Origin: Macrostomum lignano
Taxonomy: Eukaryota
Direction: 5' to 3'
Assembly (NCBI GenBank): GCA_002269645.1
Contig: NIVC01001942.1
Coordinates: forward strand, 62,001 to 126,000
Length of the DNA: 64,000 bases
Every line of letters begins with the position of its first letter. Positions within the stretch are counted from its first letter, which is position 1. The translations under genes and the position numbers were made by a program. Of this stretch, positions 23,005 to 35,700 are shown piece by piece. The notes under the pieces are model-generated. The model ran no database searches, was not told the origin of the DNA, and was given only the letters and a program-made list of their open reading frames with translations.

Positions 23005-26000
23005 ATGCAAGCCGCCTGTCAATCAGCCTTTGCCTGCTACCCGCCGACTCAAAACCCTGCGTCCGCGATGTCTGCAGCGTCTGGCGGCGGCGGCAGTCCA
23101 CTGTTCCCTACAGGTCACCCGCAGCAGCAGCAGCAACACCCGCAGCAGCAGCAGTCGCAACAGCTTCATCATCATTTTCCAGCCTCAGCTGGCGGTCTCG
23201 GACTGGCGAGTCCTTCATCTGTGAGCAGGGTGAGCGGCTGCCACTTACGCTTTACTACTCGTATGTCCATTGCCTAGCGTCAGGTACCGCCCAGTGACAG
23301 GGCACAATGCGAAATGTTAGTCGCTACTGAGGGTCAGATCCTAGTATCAGATCTCACTCACGTTGTCAGATCCCATTGTCAGATCCTAGTGTCAGATGCG
23401 TGTCAGATCTTAGTGTCAGATACGTGTCAGATCCCACTCAGTGTCAGATCCCATTGTCAGACCCTAGTGTCAGATCCCAGTGTCAGATTCCAGTGTCAGA
23501 TCCCAGTGTCAGATCCCAGTGTCAGATCCCAGTGTCAGATCCCATTGTCAGATCAAGTATTAAATTTGTGAAAAATTATTAATTTTATGCAGCAGATGAG
23601 CATATATTAAACACACCCTACTATTAGTAATACAGTAATGGCCCATCAGGATGAGGTCGCAATAAGCCAGGACAAGGATTTTTACAACTATAAGGGAAAA
23701 ACAATTACAAGTCGAGGTCAGTCGTTAAAAAGTGACAAAAACGGCTTGTCGCAAGCGGTAACCGCTAAAGCGTGGGAAATGGCCCAATAAAATGGCAGCA
23801 AATTTATGAGGGATTTCTGCCGCCACCGCTTCTAAAGTGACAGAAGATGCAGGTGAAATAAAATTGGGAAAAATTAGCGCTGACCAATTCCCATTTTTCT
23901 GTGGGGAATCATTTGATGAAGGAGACACTTTTTACTGGAGTAAAATTCAAGCGCTTAAAACTAGTTCGGCTCTCATAAAATCAGAAATCACACCTGAGCA
24001 ACAAATTGCTAGCTAGCTGAAACTTGGAAACAGCGGCAAAACATTTCTGTGCTTTAATTAATGACAATCCCGCGTAACGGCAGTAAAACTTGAAGATTTA
24101 AGTTTAATTGCGCCAAACTCTGTATGACTTCAAGCTTGTTAAAGCTTTCTTAGAGAATACTCTTGAGAAAGACCCGGAACTAGTTAGACAATGAAAGATC
24201 GCGAAAGGGGGAATCATCAAGCACAGGGAAGCATCAGGAACAGGGAATCATCAGGCACAGGGAATCACAAAGCACAGGGAGTCATCAAGCACAGGGAATC
24301 ATCAGGTACAGGGAATCAACCGGCACAGGGAATCACAAGGCACAGGGGAGCAACAGGAACAGGGAACCAACCGGCACAGGGAATCACAAGGCACAGGGGA
24401 GCAACAGGAACAGGGAATCAACCGGCACAGGGAATCACAAGGCACAGGGGAGCAACAGGAACAGGGAATCAACAGGCACAGGGAAGCATCAGGCACAGGG
24501 AATCATCAGGCACAGGGAATCATCAGGCACAGGGAATCTGCAGGCACAGGGAATCAACAGGCACAGGGAATCATCAGGCACAGGGAATCATCAGGCACAG
24601 GGAATCTGCAGGCACAGGGAATCATCAGGCATAGGGAATCATCAGGCACAGGGAATCATCAGGCACAGGGAATCATCAGGCACAGGGAATCAACAGGCAC
24701 AGGGAATCATCAGGCACAGGGAATCATCAGGCACAGGGAATCTGCAGGCACAGGGAATCAACAGGCACAGGGAATCATCAGGCACAGGGAATCATCAGGC
24801 ACAGGGAATCTGCAGGCACAGGGAATCATCAGGCACAGGGAATCATCAGGCACAGGGAATCTGCAGACACAGGGAATCATCAGGCACAGGGAATCATCAG
24901 GCACAGGGAAGCATCAGACACAGGAAATCACAAGGCACAGAGGAGCATCAGGCACAGGGAATCACAAAGCACAGGGAGTCATCAAGCACAGGGAATCTGC
25001 AGGCACAGGGAATCATCAGGCACAGGGAATCAACAGGCACAGGGAATCATCAGGCACAGGGAATCATCAGGCACAGGGAATCTGCAGGCACAGGGAATCA
25101 TCAGGCACAGGGAATCATCAGGCACAGGGAATCTGCAGGCACAGGGAATCATCAGGCACAGGGAATCATCAGGCACAGGGAAGCATCAGACACAGGAAAT
25201 CACAAGGCACAGAGGAGCATCAGGCACAGGGAATCACAAAGCACAGGGAGTCATCAAGCACAGGGAATCTGCAGGCACAGGGAATCATCAGGCACAGGGA
25301 ATCATCAGGCACAGGGAATCATCAGGCACAGGGAATCATCAGGCACAGGGAATCATCAGGCACAGGGAAGCATCAGACACAGGAAATCACAAGGCACAGG
25401 GGAGCATCAGGCACAGGGAATCACAAAGCACAGGGAGTCATCAAGCACAGGGAATCATCAGGCACAGGGAATCATCAGGCACAGGGAATCATCAGGCACA
25501 GGGAATCACAAAGCACAGCGGAGCTTCAGGCAGAGTGGATTCAAAACAGACAAAATTGAAAGCTATCGATAGAAGTAAAAATAACTGCAAGAATCGAAAA
25601 AGATTTTTAAAAATTGTCGGTAGGTTGAAAAATGTTTTTAGCCTAAATCCAAAATCACCAAAACTTTTCTCTTCTTCAAAGGCTTCGCCTCCCCCGCTGC
25701 CAATGGGCGGCTCGGCTGGGTCACCAGATTCGGAGCCATCAACATCCGTGGCTGCCGCCGCCGCTGCAGCCGCCGCAGCCGCCGCGGCAGCCGCGGCCGC
25801 CTCCACGTCGTCGTCATCGTCAATCGCCGGCTTCCCGTACGACCCGACCGCCGCCGCCGCGGCCGCCGCTTTCTACGGGTCCGGCAGCGGCTATCATCAT
25901 GGATATTTCCCTCTGACCGGCTCACACCACCACCAGCACCACCATCCGGGAGTGGCCGCCGCTGCGGCCGCCGCCTCGCCCGCTGACAGTTTCTACCATA

Positions 26001-29000
26001 GACTACAGGTGCGCTGCGAATTGAGGGTTTAAATATTAAAAGCCGACCCTGGACAATCAATGTAGAAGGGCGGGATGTTTACTTCACTTGGCTCAGCTGC
26101 AGCCAGCGGGTTCCGGGCGTCCGGATGCAGGGAGGAGACGTCGGCACCAGCCACGGGCAGAGCTAGTGCTGCGGTTCCGCTCAGGGAGATCCGGTGGTGC
26201 CAATGCTGCTCCCCCCCGAAAGAGTCCAGGAGGTGGACGGTTGCTCGCTGGGTAGCCCTTAGGTAGCAGAAGACGGCAGGTGGCAGAGATTCTCGGGCCT
26301 GAAAACGTCGAAGTGGTAGATTGGCCGATTGGCCTATCTTCAATAAAGGCGAGGCATTCACAGATGAAGAACACCTGTGAATGAAGGCAGAATGGAGGTA
26401 GCGATCCCCACCATAAAAGCCATGACCTGAGAGGGCCATGGTTGCCACCCGGATGTCTCTGTAGTTGAGTTCAAGCAGGACACTTCAGAGGGCTGGGGGG
26501 GACAGGGGACGGCAGTCGGAGGCGTCCGCCCACCCTTCTCTGTGCGTGGACACCACCCACTGGCTAATCCATTCCACAATTCTTTTGTTAAAAAATACGT
26601 TACAGTTTTAAGAATACTTTCTAAGAAACGAAGCGTCCGGAGCTTCTGACACAACTGATGATAAGAATTTCAGGCCCGCTGCAAAACTCTTAAGGTCATT
26701 TAGTAAGGGCCATTCTTTAATACCTCATCCCTGGCTTCCGGCCCAGAATCCACGGCGCTTCAGCTTAATATCGAATTTCTTCACCCATCACCGATCTCCG
26801 CAGCCCGGCGCGGCAGCGATGTCGATGTCCATGTCGGCCGCTGCCGCCCATCACCAGATGCGTCGCGAGGCCGCCGCGGCCGCGGCCGCCGGCAGCTGCT
26901 GGAGACCCGGCGGCGCGGGCGGCCCAGGCGGCGTGACCTCGACCTACGCGCCGGCCTACGACCCCTATTATCCGTACGCGGCAGCGGCCGCCGCGGGTGC
27001 CGGCGCCGCGGCTCTGGACGGAGCGCGCCGGAAAAATGCCACCAGGGAGAGCACGGCTACGCTGAAGGCCTGGCTGCAGGAGCACTTGAAGAATCCCTAC
27101 CCGACTAAGGGCGAGAAGATTATGCTGGCCATCATTACTAAGATGACGCTGACTCAGGTGAGAGCCTGCACTAAATTTTGGCTGGAACTGGTCCAGATTC
27201 GACCCAGACTCGACCTGCTAAACTGAAAGATTACCGAAGTTCGAGCCACTAAACTAACAGATGACCCAAGCTCGACCCACTAAACTAACAGATGACCCAA
27301 GCTCGACCCACCCACCAAAACTTACAAATGACCCATCTAACTGACCAAAAGTAAAACCAATCTCCTCTTTCTCATCCCAGGTGTCCACCTGGTTCGCGAA
27401 CGCCCGCCGCCGACTAAAAAAGGAGAACCGGATGACCTGGACGCCGAAAACCAAGTCCGAGGAGGGCGTCGACGAGGACGCCGGCGGCGGCGACGAAGCC
27501 GACGCTGACGAGGACGACGATGACAGCGTCAGGAAGAATGTCGGAGCTGCAATGGACACTGGCCGGCATCCGGGGGCTCACTCGACTGACTCAGGTGAGC
27601 TCAGCAGCCTAGCTGCCTCTCTGCAGTGCAATGGACCCTCACTCTCTCTGCAGTGCAATGGACCCTCACTCTCTGCAGTGCAATGGACCCTCACTCTCTC
27701 TGCAGTGCAATGGACCCTCACTCTCTCTGCAGTGGAATGGACCCTCACTCTGCAGTGCAATGGACCCTCACTCTGCAGTGCAATGGACCCTCTCTCTGCA
27801 GTGCAATGGACCCTCTCTCTGCAGTGCAATGGACCCTCACTCTCTCTGCAGTGCAATGGACCCTCACTCTCTCTGCAGTGCAATGGACCCTCACTCTCTC
27901 TGCAGTGCAATGGACCCTCACTCTCTCTCTGCAATGCAATGGACTCTCACTCTCCCCAGCCCATCACTCAATGCAGTGCAATGGACCTCACTCTCCCCAG
28001 CCCATCACTCAATGCAGTGCAATGGACCCTCACTCTCTCTGCAGTGCAATGGACCCTCACTCTCTCTGCAGTGCAATGGACCCTCACTCTGCAGTGCAAT
28101 GGACCCTCACTCTCTCTGCAGTGCAATGGACCCTCACTCTCTCTCTGCAATGCAATGGACTCTCACTCTCCCCAGCCCATCACTCAATGCAGTGCAATGG
28201 ACCCTCACTCTCTCTGCAGTGCAATGGACCCTCACTCTCTCTGCAGTGCAATGGACCCTCACTCTGCAGTGCAATGGACCCTCACTCTGCAGTGCAATGG
28301 ACCCTCTCTCTGCAGTGCAATGGACCCTCACTCTCTCTGCAGTGCAATGGACCCTCACTCTCTCTGCAGTGCAATGGACCCTCACTCTCTCTGCAGTGCA
28401 ATGGACCCTCACTCTGCAGTGCAATGGACCCTCACTCTGCAGTGCAATGGACCCTCTCTCTGCAGTGCAATGGACCCTCTCTCTGCAGTGCAATGGACCC
28501 TCTCTCTGCAGTGCAATGGACCCTCTCTCTGCAGTGCAATGGACCCTCACTCTCTCTGCAGTGCAATGGACCCTCACTCTCTCTGCAGTGCAATGGACCC
28601 TCACTCTCTCTGCAGTGCAATGGACCCTCACTCTCTCTGCAGTGCAATGGACCCTCACTCTCTCTCTGCAATGCAATGGACTCTCACTCTCCCCAGCCCA
28701 TCACTCAATGCAGTGCAATGGACCTCACTCTCCCCAGCCCATCACTCAATGCAGTGCAATGGACCTCACTCTCCCCAGCCCATCACTCAATGCAGTGCAA
28801 TGGACCTCACTCTCCCCAGCCCATCACTCAATGCAGTGCAATGGACCTCACTCTCCCCAGCCCATCACTCAATGCAGTCGAATCGCAGAATCCTCCCCAA
28901 TCAAAATGAATTTCTGTCAGGTGATCATCAGCAGAGTTTCTCGCCAGATTCGCCTCTCGTTGACGACGCCGCTGACCTTCAGCGTAATGGCAGCGTCGCC

Positions 29001-29294
29001 ACCAAGTTGGAGGCGGCCGAACAGCATCAATACCAGCATCTGCACCAGCACCTGCACCAGCAGAGCCTTCAGCACCATCTGCAGCATCAGCAGCATCTTC
29101 AGCCGCACCTGCATCACCTGCAGCATCATTTTCATCAGCAGCACCAGCAGCTCGTGGAGTACCAGCATCATCAGCAGCTCCAGCCACAGCAGCAGCCGCA
29201 GCATCCGGTTGCTAACCGCGGAATATGGTGCCTGGCCGAGTCTGCCGTGCCTCGGTCGCCGTATCATCATCCTGCCCTGCAGCTGGACAAGTGA
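23005..29294 (+). CDS. Irx: Iroquois-class TALE homeobox transcription factor, 5 exons
   Basis: Exons 23005-23229, 25682-26008, 26804-27157, 27381-27594, 28921-29294, all phase-consistent. Homeodomain [44 protein letters not shown]|[16 protein letters not shown]; IRO-box-like IWCLAESA. Exon 1 is the least certain. Confidence 0.92.
23330..23556. repeat. 13-bp minisatellite in Irx intron 1
   Basis: GTCAGATCCCAGT units. Confidence 0.88.
24205..25515. repeat. 17-bp minisatellite in Irx intron 1
   Basis: GGCACAGGGAATCATCA units with variant blocks. Confidence 0.93.
26200..26600 (-). mobile_element. Degenerate non-LTR retrotransposon 3' fragment (I/R1/Loa-like C-terminal Cys-His region) in Irx intron 2
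   Basis: [18 protein letters not shown]...YLH ... FICECLAF.. ... [14 protein letters not shown], spread over shifted frames. Confidence 0.5.
27619..28878. repeat. 23-27 bp minisatellite filling Irx intron 4
   Basis: CTGCAGTGCAATGGACCCTCACTCTCT and variants. Confidence 0.93.
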
Positions 29295-29869
29295 TAACCG
29301 CGGCTTCAGGTACAAATGAAGGAGAATCGCCTTATTACAACATTAACAACCTGCTGTTCCCCTTATAACCGCTTCTAAACTGAACTGAGGCTATTTGTAA
29401 TCTATCTATTAATTATTGCCCATATTATAGTTCACAACGTACTTTTGCTTTTCTGTTTCAATTTTGTTTTGGCATTGCATATTGTGTGGTTTCACGTCCT
29501 GCAAATAGGGGAATCTGCATCATACAGCCTGTCACACTGCTTGCTAATATTATTTTCAAATCTGTCAGACACTATGCGCAGGAAAATTGTATTACTATCC
29601 ACTCTTAACGGATCTTTATATCGTGGAATGATTCTATAATGAAGTTGTCCCCTTGCCTGATATGTTATTGTTCTGCTTTCAAGTGAGCTGAACCGAGGCC
29701 CGAATCTCTGCAGTTCAACTCGTTTGATTCGTTAAAGTAAAATTTCTGCTCAGCAAATATTTGAACTTGAATTTTATTGCTTCATAATTGGATTAGAATT
29801 GAAGTATTCTTATCTTGGACATTTATATTTTTAGTATGTATAACGATGGCAAATTTCGATAATGGTAAA

Positions 29870-30120
29870 GCTCGATAGAGGATGGGAAAGCTCGATAGAG
29901 GATGGGAAAGCTCGATAGAGGATGGGAAAGCTCGATAGAGGATGGGAAAGCTCGATAGAGGATGGGAAAGCTCGATAGAGGATGGGAAAGCTCGATAGAG
30001 GATGGGAAAGCTCGATAGAGGATGGGAAAGCTCGATAGAGGATGGGAAAGCTCGATAGAGGATGGGAAAGCTCGATAGAGGATGGGAAAGCTCGATAGAG
30101 GATGGGAAAGCTCGATAGAA
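29870..30120. repeat. 20-bp minisatellite
   Basis: About 12 copies of GCTCGATAGAGGATGGGAAA. Confidence 0.93.
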
Positions 30121-30499
30121 TTCTAGATAACTAACTGGAAGCGAAGGCTTTTTTGGGGGGCGGACACAACCGGGCCGAGTGGGAGCCTGCATGTTTTCTG
30201 GCTGCCTTATTCAACACTAATGTTTTCACTAATAATTGGCTGCTGTTATTAAGAGTAATATTTAATTCTTTAAGTTTATTTTTTTAATTAACAAGTCAGT
30301 GCTTATTAAGAGTCACTAAAGGTATTTGTGACATATCTTAACAAAACTAATATTTTTGCAAAGCCGCAAAGTAAACACATAGGATCAGTAAAAAATCATA
30401 GTATGAACATAAATTAGCTGCTTAATCTAATCTATGAAGAAGATGCATCGCGGTACCATCGCCACTGCATCGCGGTACTTTCCGGCGATCGATTTCACC

Positions 30500-31200
30500 T
30501 GATGCATCGCGGTCAAACTCGACGATTTCGTCGAGTCTCTTCCTGCCGACCGTCGAACGCGCCCAGCGCCAGCTGGACCAGCTTGTGAGCGTTGCTGCGA
30601 GCGTCGGCCTGGGGGTCAACACGCAGAAGACCGTCGTGCTTCGAATACCGAGACGCTGACAGGCAGGTGTCGAAGCTTCCGCACTGTCAGCAGTTCGTCT
30701 GCCTCGGCGGTCTGCAGACCATGGTGCTTGATGTTCCAGAGGACCTAGCACGTCGCCGTGGACTTGCTTGGGTTGCCTTCCGTTTCGTGAGGGCTGTCCT
30801 GCAGTCCGAGGCCCTGCCTGACCGCCAGAGGGCGGCGTTGTTCAAGGCGGTGATCGAGACCGTCCTGTTGTACAACACCGAGACCTGGACACTGACGGAT
30901 TCGCTCGAACAGCAGGTCAATGCGGCGCACGCTGGCCTGTCTTTAAGATCGGCTGCGAGCACGTCACCAATGCGGGCTATATCGCCGCACTGGCCTGTCC
31001 CTTCCCAGCAAACTTTTGCGCCGTCCACGACTCCAGCTGGCAGGCCACATCATCCGAGCCGAGTCCTAAAGTCCACAGCCGGTGCAGGAAGTGCTGCTGC
31101 TGTCGCTGCAGGCACCCTACCGGCGGGGACAGGCACGCAGTCTGTGTTTCGTCGACTTCTTGCCGGCTAATGCCGGCGCCCCGGACTCTGCCGGCGGTGC
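30500..31200 (+). mobile_element. RTE-clade LINE fragment (3' part of the RT ORF)
   Basis: VERAQRQLDQLVSVAASVGLGVNTQKT; DLARRRGLAWVAF; LFKAVIETVLLYNTETWTLT. Confidence 0.8.
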
Positions 31201-32922
31201 GGCCGGCGGTTCGCGCCCAGGACCTGAAACGTGTGACGTTGTCCTTGTCTCTCATGACCATGACTCGCTGGAAGGGCACACCGGCACACCATCATTCCTT
31301 ATTCAGAGTGTCGCTGTTTCTCCTGCGCTCACTAAGAATATTGTGACGTTGTGTGAAAATCGGTGGCAATAAAGTGCAACAGTTGAGATTCTGTCCTGGG
31401 TTGGTAGTTTACCCTTCGAATTCGTTGCGACCATTTTTCAAATAGTTGAAAATCATGCAAAGGAAGCACATGAGAAAATATTCTGCTTTCTGCTCCTGAA
31501 GATTGAACCGCTGGATTTTTATTTGTAGTTGCATATCCAGATCCAGACCTGTAGTTGTAAGCTGCGTATTTATAAACCATTCTTTTTCTCTGACTCTGAT
31601 ATAGCATGTATCATATCGAATCTTTATAAATTTTTCATTTAGGGTGAAGTGGAGAAGGCATCCTCAAAAGCATGCGAGCAAATGTACACCCAATGTGCAT
31701 GCGTTCAGCTTTCAAGTGGGGGGCCTGATACCCCGTGTGCATCACAGACAAAGAAACAGCACTGATTTACCGGGGATCTTCCTTCCCCTCCGAAGGGTTT
31801 TTCTCCTGTCTAGGACAAAAAACTTCCAAGCCTTGTGAAGAGCCTGCCCACCTCAAACCCCGCTTAGTCAGTGGGACTGAGATAGGGAAAGGCAGGCCGT
31901 TTAAACAAGCTAAAATGACTCGGCCCGGTTGTGTCCGCTTTCGACCCACGAAAAAGTGAGCCTTCTCTTCCAGTTAGTTATCTAGAATTCTATGACTCGA
32001 ATCAACAACACCGATTCCCGTGTATAAATTAATTAGCAAAACTGACAACCCGCCCACAGTTTTGCTTTCCCAATCCATCTCCTTCTCCTTCCACTCCCCC
32101 TGTGTTTCTGCAGCGTTACGAATCTGCTTCTCCTAGCAGAAGATTGCAAGATAGTTTCTACTTGGCAGCAACCGAAACCCTACCGAAACGTTGGGCGGCC
32201 ATTGCGCGCGCCTGTTCCGATGGTTAGGGTGGATTTATTGGAAAGTTGGGAAATCCCAGCACTGGCCGTGTAATTCATCTGGCTTGTTGTCTCCGCTTTG
32301 AAAAGAAGAGAAATATTCGAATTTATTGCTCAGGCTCTCGTGTTACCATGGTGGGGTTAGCCGGACTGGAAAAGAGCAGCAACAGGTGGTTTATGGGAGG
32401 CTTTTGTCTCCTGGCAGGTCAGCGAAAGCACACCCCCTCAGCCTCTCCGTGCCGCTTTCTTCAATAAGAATTTCGGCATTTTGGCTGAGCCACCAACCCA
32501 GCTATCTGCGAATTCTTGTCCGGAGAGACCGGGAAGCTGTATAGCTATTCACGCCCCATCAGTGATTAGCGATTCGACACCGGATTTGTGACTGGTGTGC
32601 TGCGCCTTCCTTCCTTTAGAACGAAAATAAAGGAAAAAAGGGGGAAAGCAGTGAATTGGGCAATAAAGCAAGAGGGAGAAGAGGTTGATAGCTGCTGGTG
32701 TGGTGGGGGGTCGCGCTTTGTTTATGGCCCACCAGCGGGGCCGTAATGACAGGGCGGCCGCTTTTACTGCTGGATAATGAGACCCCTGTCCGAGTTCGAC
32801 AAAATGTTTTCTGCAGTTTAGTTTCGGCTTTTTTTATTATTTTCTTGTTTCTCGTTTCTCGACTTTGGCATGAAAGTATAGATGGATTCAAAAGTTTGAA
32901 ACGATAAGCGATAAGATGTGAG

Positions 32923-33610
32923 TAGTTAAGCTCCAATTATGAGTAGTTAAGCTCCAATTATGAGTAGTTTAGCTCCAATAATGAGTAGTTAAGCTCCAAT
33001 TATGAGTAGTTAAGCTCCAATTATGAGTAGTTAAGCTCCAATTATGAGTAGTTAAGCTCTAATAATGAGTATTTTAGCTCCAATTATGAGTAGTTAAGCT
33101 CCAATTATAAGTAGTTGAGCTCTAATAATGAGTAGTTTAGCTCTAATAATGAGTAGTTAAGCTCTAATAATGAGTAGTTAAGCTCTAATAATGAGTAGTT
33201 AAGCTCTAATAATGAGTAGTTAAGCTCTAATAATGAGTAAGTTGAGCTCTAATAATGAGTAGTTGGGCTCTAATAATGAGTAGTTAAGCTCCAATTATGA
33301 GTAGTTAAGCTCTAATAATGAGTTATTTAAGCTGCAATAATGAGTAGTTGAGCTCTAATAATGAGTTATTTAAGCTGCAATAATGAGTAGTTAAGCTCTA
33401 ATAATGAGTTATTTAAGCTGCAATAATGAGTAGTTAAGCTCCAATTATGAGTAGTTAAGCTCCAATTATGAGTAGTTGAGCTCTAATAATGAGTATTTGA
33501 GCTCTAATAATGAGTAGTTAAGCTCTAATAATGAGTAGTTTAGCTCCAATAATGAGTAGTTAAGCTCTAATAATGAGTAGTTAAGTTTCAATTATGAGTA
33601 GTTAGGTTCC
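32923..33610. repeat. 21-bp minisatellite
   Basis: ATGAGTAGTTAAGCTC(C/T)AAT(T/A) units. Confidence 0.92.
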
Positions 33611-34919
33611 AACAAGGCTCCAACACAAAGTTATTTATTGCAAAGAAGAGCTAAGCGTCAGGGTCATAGTTAGCTAATCTTAGCTAAGCTTCATAAAAGG
33701 AAGGGATTTGGCAAGCGCCTAAAAGATCCACTTTCAAAAGCTGCCAGTTTAGAGGCGGTAGTTTAGTAGTTCAGTCAATCGCTAGACGTCAGGATTATGC
33801 TATTAAGCGCCAAAATGCCGCAGTTAAACGCCGGGAATAAAGTAGTTAAGCGGCAGCTAAATGATTCACCTAGAACGATATAATTTAGTTTTCTGTCAAG
33901 TTTCTTTCAAGTTTCATGCTCTGTATATCAACTGAAACCATTGGACCCAAGAAAAAAAGAGAAAAAGCCAGACGGCCCAGCTAGCGCCAGTGCTATCAAA
34001 GCAAATCAAAGCGGAAAGCAAACTGTAATCATGTCGATGCAGCCATCAAGGTCCCTCAGGCTCCGGTGACCCCTCTCCAGACTCCGCCGTCCTCATCGCG
34101 ACCCCCCGCCTAGAAGAAAAGCGGCGGGGCCAGAAGAGAGGCAGGAGAAAGCTAGCTGCAAATCTATATCGAGTAGCCAGAGAGCAGAAGAAAGCCGGGC
34201 AAATAAGAAAAAAAGCTCTCTTCCACTTCTAGTGGCGGAATGCGGTGGGTCACAGCAGCCTCTCGAGTCCTGACCCGCGCCCCCACAGATTCATTGCAAT
34301 TTTCATATCCTCATTTCCACTCGCTTTCCCATCGTCCAGTTTCAATTCCGTACTGCGCTGATCAGTTTGAACAGTTCCAGCTATCAAGGTACGGCCCGTA
34401 GGATAAACAGCGCGGCTCCACTTTTCCTATAATGCGACCTCCGGGGGCCTCTCGGCCTCCTCTTCTCGTCATCCCGAATAGCAGCTGCGTGGGACCAGCG
34501 ACTGCTTCTTATGCGTCCGCACTTCATTTCGCCGGCTGCCCCTCCCGCCGCTGCGCAAGATGGACCTGGCGTCACGCCGGAGGGAATGACGGCGTCAACG
34601 GCGGCGACGGCGGCGTGGAGTCGGGCGCTGGTGACGTCGGGGCGAGCGGCATCAACCTGCGCCAATCTAATGAATTTGAATATCATGTTTGCTTTTGTTG
34701 CTTATCTGGAATTGCTGATGTCAAATCTGATTGGATTTTGTACTATTGTTGCAATTAGCTGAACTGCCCCTCCATTCTGTTGCATCAGCAGCTACTGCCG
34801 AATTTTAATCAGAGATTGAGGCGCTGAAAGAGGGTGATGCTCTCCTTACTGCACTTCCTTTCTCTATCTCCCAATTTTACCGCAACTCTCTCGCTCTCTA
34901 CTTCCCTTCCTCTCATCTA

Positions 34920-35700
34920 TTCCCTTCTCCCTCTCTCCTCTCTCCCTCTCCTCTCCCTCTCTCCTCTCCCTCTCTCCTCTCCCTCTCTCCTCTCCCTCTC
35001 TCCTCTCCCTCTCTCCTCTCCCTCTCTCCTCTCCCTTTCTCCTCTCCCTCTCTCCTCTCCCTCTCTCCTCTCCCTTTCTCCTCTCCCTCTCTCCTCTCCC
35101 TTTCTCCTCTCCCTCTCTCCTCACCCTCTCTCCTCTCCCTCTCTCCCCATCTTCTCTCCTCTCCCTCTCTCCTCTCCCTCTCTCCTCTCCCTTTCTCCTC
35201 TCCCTCTCTCCTCACCCTCTCTCCTCTCCCTCTCTCCCCATCCTCTCTCCTCTCCCTCTCTCCTCTCCCTCTCTCCTCTCCCTCTCTCCTCTCTCCCTCT
35301 CTCCTCTCCCTCTCTCCTCTCCCTCTCTCCTCTCCCTTTCTCCTCTCCCTTTCTCCTCTCCCTTTCTCCTCTCCCTCTCTCCTCTCCCTCTCTCCCCATC
35401 CTCTCTCCTCTCCCTCTCCCCTCTCCCTCTCTCCTCTCCCTCTCTCCTCTCCCTCTCTCCTCTCCCTCTCTCCCCATCCTCTCTCCTCTCCCTCTCTCCT
35501 CTCCCTTTCTCCTCTCCCTTTCTCCTCTCCCTTTCTCCTCTCCCTCTCTCCTCTCCATCTCACCTCTCCTCCTCTCCCTCTTCTCCTCTCCCTTCTACCC
35601 TCTCTTCTCCCTCTCCCCCTCTCCCTCTCTGTCTCCTCCTCCCCCTCTACCTTTCCCTCTCCTCTCTCTCTCCCTCTACCCCTCCCTTTCTCTCTTCCCC
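34920..35700. repeat. Polypyrimidine (CT-rich) tract
   Basis: CTCTCCTCTCCCTCT-type units, almost purine-free on the + strand. Confidence 0.95.

Noticed and set aside
27381-29319. 637/562/427-aa ORFs as standalone Cys-rich proteins
   Set aside because: Explained by Irx exons 4-5 plus an intronic array; kept only as a possible intron-retention finding.
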